A DNA stretch of 64,000 bases from Candidatus Curtissbacteria bacterium (GCA_016183325.1 JACPEV010000003.1:18000-81999); one strand, 5' to 3'; counted from the first letter of the stretch, positions 27,328-36,099 are shown. Numbers and translations: made by a program. The notes: generated by a model from the sequence alone, not told the origin.

Positions 27328-27860
27328 GATTTAATTGATTTTTTTAAAATTAAATCAAGATTTGAATCTTTGATGATTTTGTCTAAATAAGGTAGAAATT
27401 TTTGCTTGTAGAAATTGAATTCTTTTTCGGATTCTTTTGAATTTTTGGTCGTTTCAATCTCGAAAATTTTGCCGACAGTTAATATATTATCTAGATTGAA
27501 GATTGTATTGCCTTTTTTCCAAAGCTCGCGTTTTTTGTAAACAGTAGCTTTAATTCCTAAAACTTTTTTCAGATATGGTAAAAGTTTTTTATCTTTTACA
27601 GAAAGTAGGCTTACTTTTGCTTGGTTGCTTTTGTTTTCTTGAAAAGCTCTTCTTTTGTAATAAATTATGGTTTGTTTCCCTTTCTGTATTCTTAATTTAA
27701 GTCTTGGATGGATCTTGATATCCGATTGAGGTAAGTTGAAAAAGTAATCTTTTTGAAAAAAAGTTCCAACTTTCTTGGCATTTAACTCTTTTAGAATTTT
27801 CCTAATTGGAGAAAAATCGTTGCAAAAATACTTCAGCTCGAGATTAACTTTATTTTGCAT
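27303..27860 (-). CDS. CYTH-domain protein (triphosphate tunnel metalloenzyme / class IV adenylate cyclase-like)
   Basis: N-terminal VNLELKYF (ExExK), spaced basic residues (KLRIQKGK, IIYYKRR) and FEIETT acidic motif typical of CYTH/CyaB folds. Directly follows the GNAT gene with a 0 nt gap. Confidence 0.5.
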   Translation of the reverse strand: MQNKVNLELKYFCNDFSPIRKILKELNAKKVGTFFQKDYFFNLPQSDIKIHPRLKLRIQKGKQTIIYYKRRAFQENKSNQAKVSLLSVKDKKLLPYLKKVLGIKATVYKKRELWKKGNTIFNLDNILTVGKIFEIETTKNSKESEKEFNFYKQKFLPYLDKIIKDSNLDLILKKSIKSHSNNLDH

Positions 27861-28421
27861 CTAGAAAGTCAGATTTTGGTACATTAATATTTGATCGATA
27901 AATTTGTCCCGGTGGACTATTCCTTTTGGAAGCACACCATATTTTTTAAACCCGAAGTTTTTATACATTTCAATCGCTATATTATTGTTTGCATAGACAA
28001 CTAGCGTGACAATTTTTAGATTGAAGAGATTTTTCCCTGCTTCTTCTAAAATTTTTTCTGTTAAAAGTTTCCCGATGCCTTGATTTCTAAATTGTTTGGC
28101 CACCGAAATGCCAAAATCACCAACATGTGTTTCAACTCTTTCTCTAAGTGTTATGTTTGCGATCCCAATTAAGGCCTTTTGGGAGTAGGCCAAGATGTGA
28201 ATATCTTCATTTTTATTCATTTTATTAAGAACGTTATCTAAATATTTTTTTTCTTCGTCAACTGTTAGTTGTTGTCCTTGGAAACTGATATACGTACGCT
28301 CTTTTGAAAGCGTGTTGATGTAATTTAAAAGATCTTTGAGATCATTCGCTTCGGGGTAACGTAAAACAATTGGGAGACCGTTTTTAATTTTGCCTTCGAA
28401 GATAATTTGTCCTGGTTGCAT
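27861..28421 (-). CDS. GNAT family N-acetyltransferase
   Basis: Acetyl-CoA binding motif FRNQGIGKLLTEKILEEAG and C-terminal YKNFGFKKYG. 186 aa. Confidence 0.75.
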   Translation of the reverse strand: MQPGQIIFEGKIKNGLPIVLRYPEANDLKDLLNYINTLSKERTYISFQGQQLTVDEEKKYLDNVLNKMNKNEDIHILAYSQKALIGIANITLRERVETHVGDFGISVAKQFRNQGIGKLLTEKILEEAGKNLFNLKIVTLVVYANNNIAIEMYKNFGFKKYGVLPKGIVHRDKFIDQILMYQNLTF

Positions 28422-28428
28422 AAATAAG

Positions 28429-28494
28429 ATTATATCCTAAGCTGTCGCTTTAGAAGATTTCTAAGCTTAATACTCTATTACTCTAGAGTAACGG
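28429..28494. repeat. cassette-boundary palindrome, copy 5
   Basis: attatatcctaagctgtcgctttagaagatttctaagcttaatactctattactctagagtaacgg. Confidence 0.8.
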
Positions 28495-28512
28495 TAATTT
28501 GTACTTTTAGAA

Positions 28513-28593
28513 TCTCGACTCGCAGAGCTATTCCAATATTCCAAACCGGGTTTAGAATACGTTGGCGAATAAGGTTGGCTCTGCAATTTCTGA
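28513..28593. repeat. conserved ~75 bp hairpin-forming element, copy 2
   Basis: cgactcgcagagctattccaatattccaaaccgggtttagaatacgttggcgaataaggttggctctgcaatttctga. Paired with the copy at 22358-22431. Confidence 0.6.
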
Positions 28594-28670
28594 CAAAATT
28601 CCTGTGAACTACATCACTTCCGATGTGTGTTTGTTGACAAAGTGGTTCCGATATTATAGGATATGTTCCT

Positions 28671-29192
28671 ATGGCTAACGTCGAACAAGACCCAAACTCA
28701 GGAGAGGCCATTATAGTTGATCCAAGATCTCGTGCTGAGTTCTGGGCTTCACAGGGTATTCCCTTTGCCACTCACGAATTTGCGATTTATGCAAATCTTG
28801 CTGAACAAGAAAGAGACTCTTTAATGACGGAGGCTCATTTGAATGCGGCTGAGAGAGCTAAAAAGTTGTCTTTGCAGGAGATAACTGACATAAAAACTGG
28901 GCCTTTTGAAACAACTCCAAAGGACGTTCAGTGGGCTGATTATTGGACCCGAAGAGTCCTAGGTATCGCTGATTATTCTGGATTTGGCTTATCAAGAAGG
29001 CAAGTTCTAACTAACCTGTTTACAAGAGACGACAAACTTGGAAACGCGGCCAGAGAGACATTTATTACTGCTTGGGAGTCTTTGGTAACCTATTTGAGAA
29101 CGGCAACAGAGCAAGCAAAACCTGAGACTCAAGCCCACTTAGAACTAGCGAAATACTTGCAACAAAGATCCGAACAAAGAGGAACTATCTAA
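28671..29192 (+). CDS. hypothetical cytoplasmic protein
   Basis: 173 aa ORF with good coding periodicity and no recognisable motif. Confidence 0.4.
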   Translation: MANVEQDPNSGEAIIVDPRSRAEFWASQGIPFATHEFAIYANLAEQERDSLMTEAHLNAAERAKKLSLQEITDIKTGPFETTPKDVQWADYWTRRVLGIADYSGFGLSRRQVLTNLFTRDDKLGNAARETFITAWESLVTYLRTATEQAKPETQAHLELAKYLQQRSEQRGTI

Positions 29193-29243
29193 TCTTCAAA
29201 ACTCTATTTATCATACTCTGTAGTATGGTATTAAAGTGATTTA

Positions 29244-31115
29244 TTATATTTTTAATACAGCTAAGAATGCCTCTTGGGGAATATCTACTTGCCCAAAACG
29301 CCTCATTCTCTTTTTGCCTTTTTTCTGCTTCTCAAGTAGTTTCATTTTGCGGGTGACGTCGCCGCCGTAGAGTTTGGCGGTGACGTCTTTGCGGTACGAG
29401 GCGATTGTTTCTCGGGCGATGATTTTGCCCGCCCCCTTCGCCGAGGCTACGGAGGCCGAGCCGATGGCCGCCTGAATCGGTATAGGAATTTGTTGGCGAG
29501 GAATGGCATCTTTTAGTTTTTCGCAAAGTTTTCGGGCAATTTCTTCCGCGCGCACTCGCGGCACTATTTGGGACAGCCCTTCTATCGGTTCGTGGTTAAC
29601 CAGAATATCAAGTTTAACAAGATCGGCCGGGCGATAGTCTGCTATTTCAAAATCTAATGAGGCATAGCCCGAGGTTTGTGACTTGAGCTGATCATAGAAG
29701 CCGATTAAAAGTTCAAGAAGGGGAATTTTCGCTTCTATTTTTAAAAGATTGCCGATTGTTTCAAAATTTTCTTGCTCTCCCCTTTTATCGGTGATAAGCT
29801 TTGACACTACTCCCGAATAAGCCTGAGGAACAAATATCGTAACGCTGGCGATGGGCTCTTTGACGTTTTTTTCAGTCGGGTCAAAATCGCCGGCTTTGTT
29901 GATCAGTTTGTCGTTAACAATGAAATTGACAGAGGGAGAAGTTGTAATGATGTCCAGATCGTATTCACGCTCAAGGCGTTCTTGGGTGATTTGAGCATGC
30001 AAAAGTCCTAAAAAACCAATTCTGAATCCTTGGCCAAGACTGATGGAAGATTCTGTGGTGAAGCTAAGCGATGAATCATTTAGTTTGAGTTTTTCGAGTG
30101 CATCTTTGAGTTTGACAAGGTCTTTGGGGTCTGAGGGGTAAAATGACAGGAAAACAACAGGTTTGGCCGCTTGATAACCAGGAAGTGGTTGAGCCGGCGA
30201 TTTGGGATCGGTGATAGTATCTCCAACTTTTACTTTTGATAAATCTTTAAGGTTAGTTACAACAAAGGCGATCTCCCCGCTGGTTACGTTTTCGACGAAG
30301 TGGGGTTTGGGGGTAAGATAACCTATTTGCAAAATGGTGGCCTTGGCATTCGGGTTGGCCAAAAATAAAATCCGGTCCCCCACATTTATTCTGCCTCCAA
30401 AGACACGGACCGTTGCAACGACACCTTTGTAAGGGTCTAGGGAAGAATCGAAGATTAGTGCTTGGGGTTTGCTCACCCCCGGGGAGCCAGAGCTCACCCC
30501 GGGGGTGTTGCCTGGCGCAGGAATGCGGTCAATTATTGCACGAATAACTGCTTCGACACCCTCGCCGGTTCTGGCGGAGACTTTGATGATTTCTTTTTCG
30601 GAAAATCCAAGAGAGACCAGTTCTTGTGCCGTCTTTTCAATTTGAGCTTGTGGCAAATCAATTTTGTTAATCACCGGAATAATAGTTAAATTGGCTTCAA
30701 GGGCAAGATTAAAATTGGCCAAAGTTTGAGCTTGGATTCCCTGAGTTGCATCGACTACCAGAACTGCGCCTTCTACAGAAGCAAGTGATCGTGAAACTTC
30801 GTAGGAAAAGTCGACGTGGCCGGGAGTATCGATCAAATTCAAAACAAAGTTTTGAATTTGAGGTGAATCGTTAATGGTTAATGGTTCATCGGGAGATTCT
30901 TTTTCAATACGATTAACGATAAACGATGAACGATACACTAATCGTATGGCTTTCAACTTAATGGTGATGCCGTGTTCGCGCTCAAGCTCTAGGCTGTCGA
31001 GAAGTTGTTCTGGGTGATTTTGATCAACTGCACCGCAGATTTCCATGATACGGTCGGCAAGAGTCGATTTACCGTGGTCGACGTGGGCGATGAGGGCAAA
31101 ATTACGAATTTCCAT
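29244..31115 (-). CDS. lepA: elongation factor 4 (LepA), with two short in-frame insertions
   Basis: NFALIAHVDHGKSTLADR, DTPGHVDFSYEV, NKIDLP, and C-terminal LepA domain ending ...[24 protein letters not shown]. Inserts: an about 25 aa segment encoded by TTAACGAT-type repeats (30868-30960) and PAPGNTPGVSSGSPGVS encoded by a GC-rich palindrome (30471-30508). Confidence 0.9.
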   Translation of the reverse strand: MEIRNFALIAHVDHGKSTLADRIMEICGAVDQNHPEQLLDSLELEREHGITIKLKAIRLVYRSSFIVNRIEKESPDEPLTINDSPQIQNFVLNLIDTPGHVDFSYEVSRSLASVEGAVLVVDATQGIQAQTLANFNLALEANLTIIPVINKIDLPQAQIEKTAQELVSLGFSEKEIIKVSARTGEGVEAVIRAIIDRIPAPGNTPGVSSGSPGVSKPQALIFDSSLDPYKGVVATVRVFGGRINVGDRILFLANPNAKATILQIGYLTPKPHFVENVTSGEIAFVVTNLKDLSKVKVGDTITDPKSPAQPLPGYQAAKPVVFLSFYPSDPKDLVKLKDALEKLKLNDSSLSFTTESSISLGQGFRIGFLGLLHAQITQERLEREYDLDIITTSPSVNFIVNDKLINKAGDFDPTEKNVKEPIASVTIFVPQAYSGVVSKLITDKRGEQENFETIGNLLKIEAKIPLLELLIGFYDQLKSQTSGYASLDFEIADYRPADLVKLDILVNHEPIEGLSQIVPRVRAEEIARKLCEKLKDAIPRQQIPIPIQAAIGSASVASAKGAGKIIARETIASYRKDVTAKLYGGDVTRKMKLLEKQKKGKKRMRRFGQVDIPQEAFLAVLKI

Positions 31116-31197
31116 TGTGGATTAGTATAACATCGAGTTAAGGCCAAATTCGCACTAGAAAGAAATTAGGTAACTACTCACCATTACTGATACATCA

Positions 31198-31255
31198 ATT
31201 ATTGTTCGAGGCTAACAGCCGAGAACTAAACTTCTCGCTCGCGCTCGAAGAATAG
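31198..31255. mobile_element. short MITE-like palindromic element (TTATTGTTCGAG...CTCGAAGAATA)
   Basis: ttattgttcgaggctaacagccgagaactaaacttctcgctcgcgctcgaagaata. The ends are reverse complements with one mismatch. Confidence 0.6.
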
Positions 31256-31280
31256 AACCCTATCAATACCTGTGAGTAGT

Positions 31281-31430
31281 TACGAAATTAGTTACTGGAA
31301 ATTTGATAATAGTAATGGAGAGTGGAAAATGGAAAATGACTTAATTAATGCTTTCCAATCTCCCTCAGGGCCGGGCCAGAGGCAAGTTTCGATTACCATT
31401 TTCCAGTTTCTAGTTACCAATCTCTAAATT
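31281..31430. repeat. left arm of long inverted repeat flanking murJ
   Basis: Reverse complement of 33110-33262 at about 85-90% over about 130 bp, including the perfect core ccaatctccctcagggccgggccagaggcaa. Confidence 0.8.
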
Positions 31431-33098
31431 TCACGGGTTTGGCTGTTGGGCGTCGATAGAGGTTGGGGCGGGACTAACCAGGCGGGATGGTAAGGTGATG
31501 ACTTTTTTAACTAAATGATAAAAAATTACGACTTCTTTAACTTTGAGAAGCCAGGATAGAAAAATATAAACTGAAAGACCGATCAGGGTGGCGGTTGCTG
31601 TTAGAAAAATTAATCCGATGGTTCTGGTTGTGTCAAAGACAAGTTGATCTAGAAGTTTCATGGGGATATAGAGTGCAACTGCGGTTAAAAGTGCAATAAG
31701 GCCCATTTTGAATGCTGGAAGAAGTAGCTCTTTTTTGTTAAAAACTACTTTTTTATCCAAAAGATAGAGCAGCAAAATGGCGTTTAAAATGTTGCTTATA
31801 GAGTATGCTAGGGCAAGATAAATGATCGATAGTTTGAGAACTAAAATAAAAATCAGACTTAAGATGATGTTAATACTGACTGTAAAAACATTAACCTTTA
31901 CTGGAGTTAGACTATCTCTTATGGCATAAAATCCTCTCAAAAGAAGAAGACTGACGGCTTGGGCGGCAATACCTATCGAAAAGGCCATCAGCGTTCTGCC
32001 AGTTAAGACTGTGATCTCCCAGGGAAATTCGCGAGCACCGAAGACAAGACGTACAGCAGGAATTCTCAGAATTGCCAGGATGGCAGCAGCGGGCAAAATT
32101 AGAAAGAGAATCTGATGGAAGGAATCGATGAATATCTTTTTAAACTGTTCATATCTTTTGGCATTAAATTCAACAGAAAGTGAAGGCAGAGCTGCCTGGA
32201 CGATACTGCCAGCAAAAAGAGAGATTGGCAAAAGCTGTAAAACTTGGGCGAAGGTAAAGGTAACGATTGAACCTACGGCGACGACTGATGCAAGAGCTAT
32301 GTTTATAATGTCAGAAATTCTAAGAAGAGCAAGAGATATCGACCTTGGCCACATTAAAGCAAATACTTCACGAACATCTTTATTTTTAAAATCCAAGATA
32401 AACGTCACTCGAAACCCTAGGGAAAGAGCGAGTGGCAATTGAATAACCAAATGCAGAAGAGCGCCTAGGACCATACCAACCGCGGGAGCGTAAATGCCCA
32501 AAACAGGAGCTAAAAAAATGATTGAGATAATAATACCGACGTTATAAAAAATCGAGGCAATTGCTGGAATAATGAATCTTTGAAATGATTGGAGAATACC
32601 TGTCAAAAAAATCGAGCCGACAAAGAAAAGTTGGGCAAAAATCATGATACGCATGAGACGGGCGATTAGTGGTTTGGTAAGAGGATCTTGATCCACAAGG
32701 CCAGGAGCAACGATAGGTGCTATAAAATCGGCAGTGGCGACGATTAAAATAGCAAAAATAACAAAAACTAAAAGGGCAGTAGAAATCATGGTGGATGAAA
32801 AATTCCAAGCTTTTTCGAGCTTGTCGTGGGAGAGAAATTTGGAGAAAACTGGAATGAAAGCCAAGGCAATTGTTCCGAAGATCAAAACTTCAAATATGGC
32901 ATCGGGTACGATTGAGGCAGCGATGAAGCTATCCAGAAGATGAATATTATCACCAAAGTAAGAGGCTAAAAGACGGTAGCGGATCAGTCCTAAGATCCTG
33001 GAGATGGCGACCGAGGCAACGATAACAAAGGCGGCAGTAAGGATATTTTCTTGTTTTCTCTTGAAAAAATCAGTGCCATTTTTGAGGATGTACAGCAT
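31431..33098 (-). CDS. murJ: lipid II flippase MurJ (MviN)
   Basis: 555 aa polytopic membrane protein with MurJ N-terminal signature ...ILTAAFVIVASVAISRILGLIRYRLLASYFG... Confidence 0.85.
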   Translation of the reverse strand: MLYILKNGTDFFKRKQENILTAAFVIVASVAISRILGLIRYRLLASYFGDNIHLLDSFIAASIVPDAIFEVLIFGTIALAFIPVFSKFLSHDKLEKAWNFSSTMISTALLVFVIFAILIVATADFIAPIVAPGLVDQDPLTKPLIARLMRIMIFAQLFFVGSIFLTGILQSFQRFIIPAIASIFYNVGIIISIIFLAPVLGIYAPAVGMVLGALLHLVIQLPLALSLGFRVTFILDFKNKDVREVFALMWPRSISLALLRISDIINIALASVVAVGSIVTFTFAQVLQLLPISLFAGSIVQAALPSLSVEFNAKRYEQFKKIFIDSFHQILFLILPAAAILAILRIPAVRLVFGAREFPWEITVLTGRTLMAFSIGIAAQAVSLLLLRGFYAIRDSLTPVKVNVFTVSINIILSLIFILVLKLSIIYLALAYSISNILNAILLLYLLDKKVVFNKKELLLPAFKMGLIALLTAVALYIPMKLLDQLVFDTTRTIGLIFLTATATLIGLSVYIFLSWLLKVKEVVIFYHLVKKVITLPSRLVSPAPTSIDAQQPNP

Positions 33099-33109
33099 TG
33101 TGGTAGAAT

Positions 33110-33262
33110 ACTTGCGAAACTCGAAACCTAGAAATTGGTTACTGGAAACTGGAAATTGGTAATGGAAATTTGCCTCTGGCCCGGCCCTGAGGGAGATTGG
33201 AAATTAGTTAGGAGCTATTTTCCCATTTTCTACTTTCCACTTTCCATTACTACTTTCTCTTT
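33110..33262. repeat. right arm of long inverted repeat flanking murJ
   Basis: ttgcctctggcccggccctgagggagattgg plus flanking ggaaattggtaatggaaa-type sequence. Inverted relative to 31281-31430. Confidence 0.8.
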
Positions 33263-33363
33263 TTCAAGAAAAAATATGCTCTCATATTTTCCAGTAACTA
33301 TTTTCGCCTTGATTCTGATTTCGTGCTTAGGATTTCGGATTTTGTAGAGTAATCTTAATAGAT

Positions 33364-33636
33364 ATGCCGGTAACAAAACAAGCAATCAAAAAGGTTAGGC
33401 AAGACAGGCGAAAGACTGTTTATAACCTTCGTGTGAAGAAGATCTATAAGGCAACGGTCTCGGCTTTTGGCAAGAAGCCGACAATTGCAGGTTTAAGTGC
33501 TGTTTATAGAGCTTTAGATAGGGCTGCTAAGGTTAATGTCATCCATAAAAACAAGGCTTCAAGGCTTAAATCCAGATTATCGAAATTGATAAAGGTGAAA
33601 AAGGTGAGTAAGAAATCGGCGGGCGCGAAAACATAA
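33364..33636 (+). CDS. rpsT: 30S ribosomal protein S20
   Basis: MPVTKQAIKKVRQDRRKTVYNLRVKKIYKATV... is a basic 90 aa protein with the S20 signature. Confidence 0.9.
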   Translation: MPVTKQAIKKVRQDRRKTVYNLRVKKIYKATVSAFGKKPTIAGLSAVYRALDRAAKVNVIHKNKASRLKSRLSKLIKVKKVSKKSAGAKT

Positions 33637-33682
33637 TTTGCTTGACAAAAGGTTGCTTCCCATATTACGCTAGATAAAGAGT

Positions 33683-33970
33683 ATGAAAAAACTTGCCCGC
33701 CTAGACTCGAATAAATCTGGAAATTCAAACCCTCGCTTGGCGAGGCTGGCCCGCTTGATAGGTTTCTCTTCTTCAGTAGGAATTGCGCTTTCTAGGGTTG
33801 GTAGTATTTTTGCCCAGTCTCCTTCAGCTGCTCCGGCAACTGGCGGTGGAGCAACTAGCGGAGCACTGCCTTCTGCAGGCACAACTGAGTTGACTTATAT
33901 TCTATTTCTGGGAGGAGTAATACTGTTTGTTTTTGGAACCATAAAACTTCTTTTGAGCTTCCGGGATTAG
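33683..33970 (+). CDS. small protein with C-terminal TM anchor. N-terminal part is encoded by a GC-rich palindromic element.
   Basis: 95 aa. 33693-33754 matches the element inside grpE (19924-19963). The C-terminal hydrophobic helix plus charged tail resembles a membrane anchor or sorting signal. Confidence 0.3.
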   Translation: MKKLARLDSNKSGNSNPRLARLARLIGFSSSVGIALSRVGSIFAQSPSAAPATGGGATSGALPSAGTTELTYILFLGGVILFVFGTIKLLLSFRD

Positions 33971-35103
33971 TTTTCTTCTAATTTAAAAATTTCTCCTTGA
34001 ACGTATTCGGCCAGGTCTGTCCAGCTACCACCTTTGGGGACAAGAACAAATTGGCCTTGGTAACTTGCCGGATCGCCGGATTCCAGGACTGATTCTTTTC
34101 TACCTTGATCTAAAACCACACGTCTTATCGTGGAAGGATCGATTTTTTGGAAAAGTTTTAGAAAAAGAGGAACGTCGCTGCTTGAGACGTCAGTATCTAT
34201 GGACTGGCCAAAGGTATTGGCCAGATCAAGTATTGTTTTTGGACTGGCAAAGGTTTCTTGCGAAATTACTTTTTGGCGGAAGGCAAGAATAATTTTTTGC
34301 TGGCGGGCAGAGCGAGCGAAGTCGGAGCCCTCGTCATTTGTGCCATATCGAGATCTGACAAATTTTAGGGCAGTGACTCCATCAAAATGGGCTGGGCCTT
34401 TTTTAAAGGTAATAGTTTCGTAGCGGCAGGTGAAAGGGTTGTTTTGATCGTTAATTTCGGAAAGCAGCATTGCTGATCCGGTTGCATCTTTAACAACTTT
34501 TACAATTTGGCTATCTTTTTCTTGATCTTCAATAGTTAGTCCACAAGTATCTTCTTCTTTGCTGGGAATCGGGTATTTGGGATCAGTGAAAGTATTTTCT
34601 ACTTCAAGATCGAGACCGCCGACTTGATCTATTGCTTTTGTAAAACCATCAAACTCTACACGCAGGGCATAATGCGCGGGAATACCGAAAAGTTCGCTGA
34701 CTGTTTTTTTGGCCTGCTGTAAGCCCTGACCTTTTTCTTGACCGAAAGCGTAAGCAGCGTTGATTTTTGCGCCTTGTGATGGAGCCCAAAGATCTCTCGG
34801 TATGGAAATTAAAACAACATCTTTACCATTCTTTTCAATCGAAGCCAAAATAATAGTATCAGTAAGATCAGGCCCTTCGTGCCCAGCACCGCCAGTGCCG
34901 AGTAGTAAAATGTTTATTCTCCCATTATCATTTTTAAGTCCTGTGTCAGTAATTAACTGAATAACTGTAGCTGGACCTTTAAAAATATACTTATCGAGAT
35001 TAAAAAATTTAATTAAAATAACTGCAAGGATTGTCAAAATTGCAGAAAAAGCCAGAATATTAAATACTGAAATTCTCCTTTTTTTGGAGCCTAGGTCGCT
35101 CAT
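33967..35103 (-). CDS. LytR-CpsA-Psr (LCP) family cell-envelope phosphotransferase
   Basis: N-terminal TM helix and LCP core (NILLLGTGGAGHEGPDLTDTIILASI...ISIPRDLW). 378 aa. Confidence 0.8.
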   Translation of the reverse strand: MSDLGSKKRRISVFNILAFSAILTILAVILIKFFNLDKYIFKGPATVIQLITDTGLKNDNGRINILLLGTGGAGHEGPDLTDTIILASIEKNGKDVVLISIPRDLWAPSQGAKINAAYAFGQEKGQGLQQAKKTVSELFGIPAHYALRVEFDGFTKAIDQVGGLDLEVENTFTDPKYPIPSKEEDTCGLTIEDQEKDSQIVKVVKDATGSAMLLSEINDQNNPFTCRYETITFKKGPAHFDGVTALKFVRSRYGTNDEGSDFARSARQQKIILAFRQKVISQETFASPKTILDLANTFGQSIDTDVSSSDVPLFLKLFQKIDPSTIRRVVLDQGRKESVLESGDPASYQGQFVLVPKGGSWTDLAEYVQGEIFKLEEN

Positions 35104-35108
35104 AATTT

Positions 35109-35825
35109 TTAAGCGGCGGAGTTTAAGATCTGTATAAAATTCTGGGGATCAAGGCTATTTGTACCTACCAAGGCTCCGTTAATCATCCCTTTTTCCAAAA
35201 AAGATTTTGTGTTCTCGGGAGTAACGGATCCTCCATAGACAACAACATAGTCGCCTTTGGCCAGCTTCGCACGCCCGCTCCGACTCGGAATCGAGGCGAG
35301 CGCAGCGAGGCGAGCTTTTAGCGTTTCGCTTACCGCCTTGGCGTTTTCGGGAGTGTCGGGATTACCGGTACCGATGGCGAAAACAGGTTCATAGGCAACT
35401 ATTTCGATGCCTTGCGGAATTGGGGTGTCTGGTCCCTGGACACAAAAGATGGGAGTAATACCAGCTTTTTGGGCATTTAGAACTTTTTGGACAAGAATGT
35501 CGTCTGTTTCTGCAAAATTCTGGCGTCTTTCGGAATGACCAATGATGGCATAGCTGACAAGACCTGCAATTTGAGAAGCGGCAACTTCACCGGTGTAGGC
35601 GCCTTGTTCAAATCGGGAGATATCTTGTGCTCCCAGTTTCAATGAAGAAGAAAGCGACGCCAGTTTTTGGTTTGCTGAGGCAATAAATGTGGCGGTAGGA
35701 CAAACAATGATTGTGCCGGGAAATGAGCCTGTCCCCTTAGTTATTTCTTCAAGCCAAAGGCTCATTTCGTCCCAAGTTTTGTTGGCCTTGAGATTGGCAA
35801 TAACTAGCGGCAGCCGATCATTCAT
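35109..35825 (-). CDS. tpiA: triosephosphate isomerase
   Basis: VIANLKANKTW, AIIGHSERR, and YGGSVTPEN catalytic and loop motifs. Contains a GC-rich in-frame insert (about 35265-35330) encoding RLAALASIPSRSGRAKLA. Confidence 0.85.
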   Translation of the reverse strand: MNDRLPLVIANLKANKTWDEMSLWLEEITKGTGSFPGTIIVCPTATFIASANQKLASLSSSLKLGAQDISRFEQGAYTGEVAASQIAGLVSYAIIGHSERRQNFAETDDILVQKVLNAQKAGITPIFCVQGPDTPIPQGIEIVAYEPVFAIGTGNPDTPENAKAVSETLKARLAALASIPSRSGRAKLAKGDYVVVYGGSVTPENTKSFLEKGMINGALVGTNSLDPQNFIQILNSAA

Positions 35826-36099
35826 GTTTGGAGATAATATTTATTAAGTTTTCTTTTGAGGTGGCTCCAATTATTCTTTCGAGTTCTTTGTCATCTTTGA
35901 TGATGATATAGGTGGGGATGGACATGACACCGTATTTGGCAGTTAGCTCTTGGTTTTCATCGACATTGATTTTTTCAATTTGGACTTTTCCGGTAAGCTC
36001 TTTTTCCAGCTCGTCCATAATCGGCTCCATAAATTTACATGGGGCGCACCACTCGGCCCAAAAATCTAAAAGTTTTAGCATACTTGTGTAATTATACAA
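35818..36099 (-). CDS. trxA: thioredoxin
   Basis: WCAPCK active site. 93 aa. Confidence 0.85.
   Translation of the reverse strand: MYNYTSMLKLLDFWAEWCAPCKFMEPIMDELEKELTGKVQIEKINVDENQELTAKYGVMSIPTYIIIKDDKELERIIGATSKENLINIISKHE

Noticed and set aside
22283-28494. Possibility that the five palindromic repeats are a CRISPR array
   Set aside because: Spacers would be 1-2.7 kb and contain whole genes. The repeats are perfect palindromes of variable flank, and no cas genes are nearby. Cas4-like domains occur only fused to the helicase far away.
28478-28771. Minus-strand ORF 28478-28771
   Set aside because: Reads straight through the conserved 75 bp hairpin element and the cassette palindrome, and overlaps the start of the plus-strand gene at 28671. 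Almost certainly not a gene.
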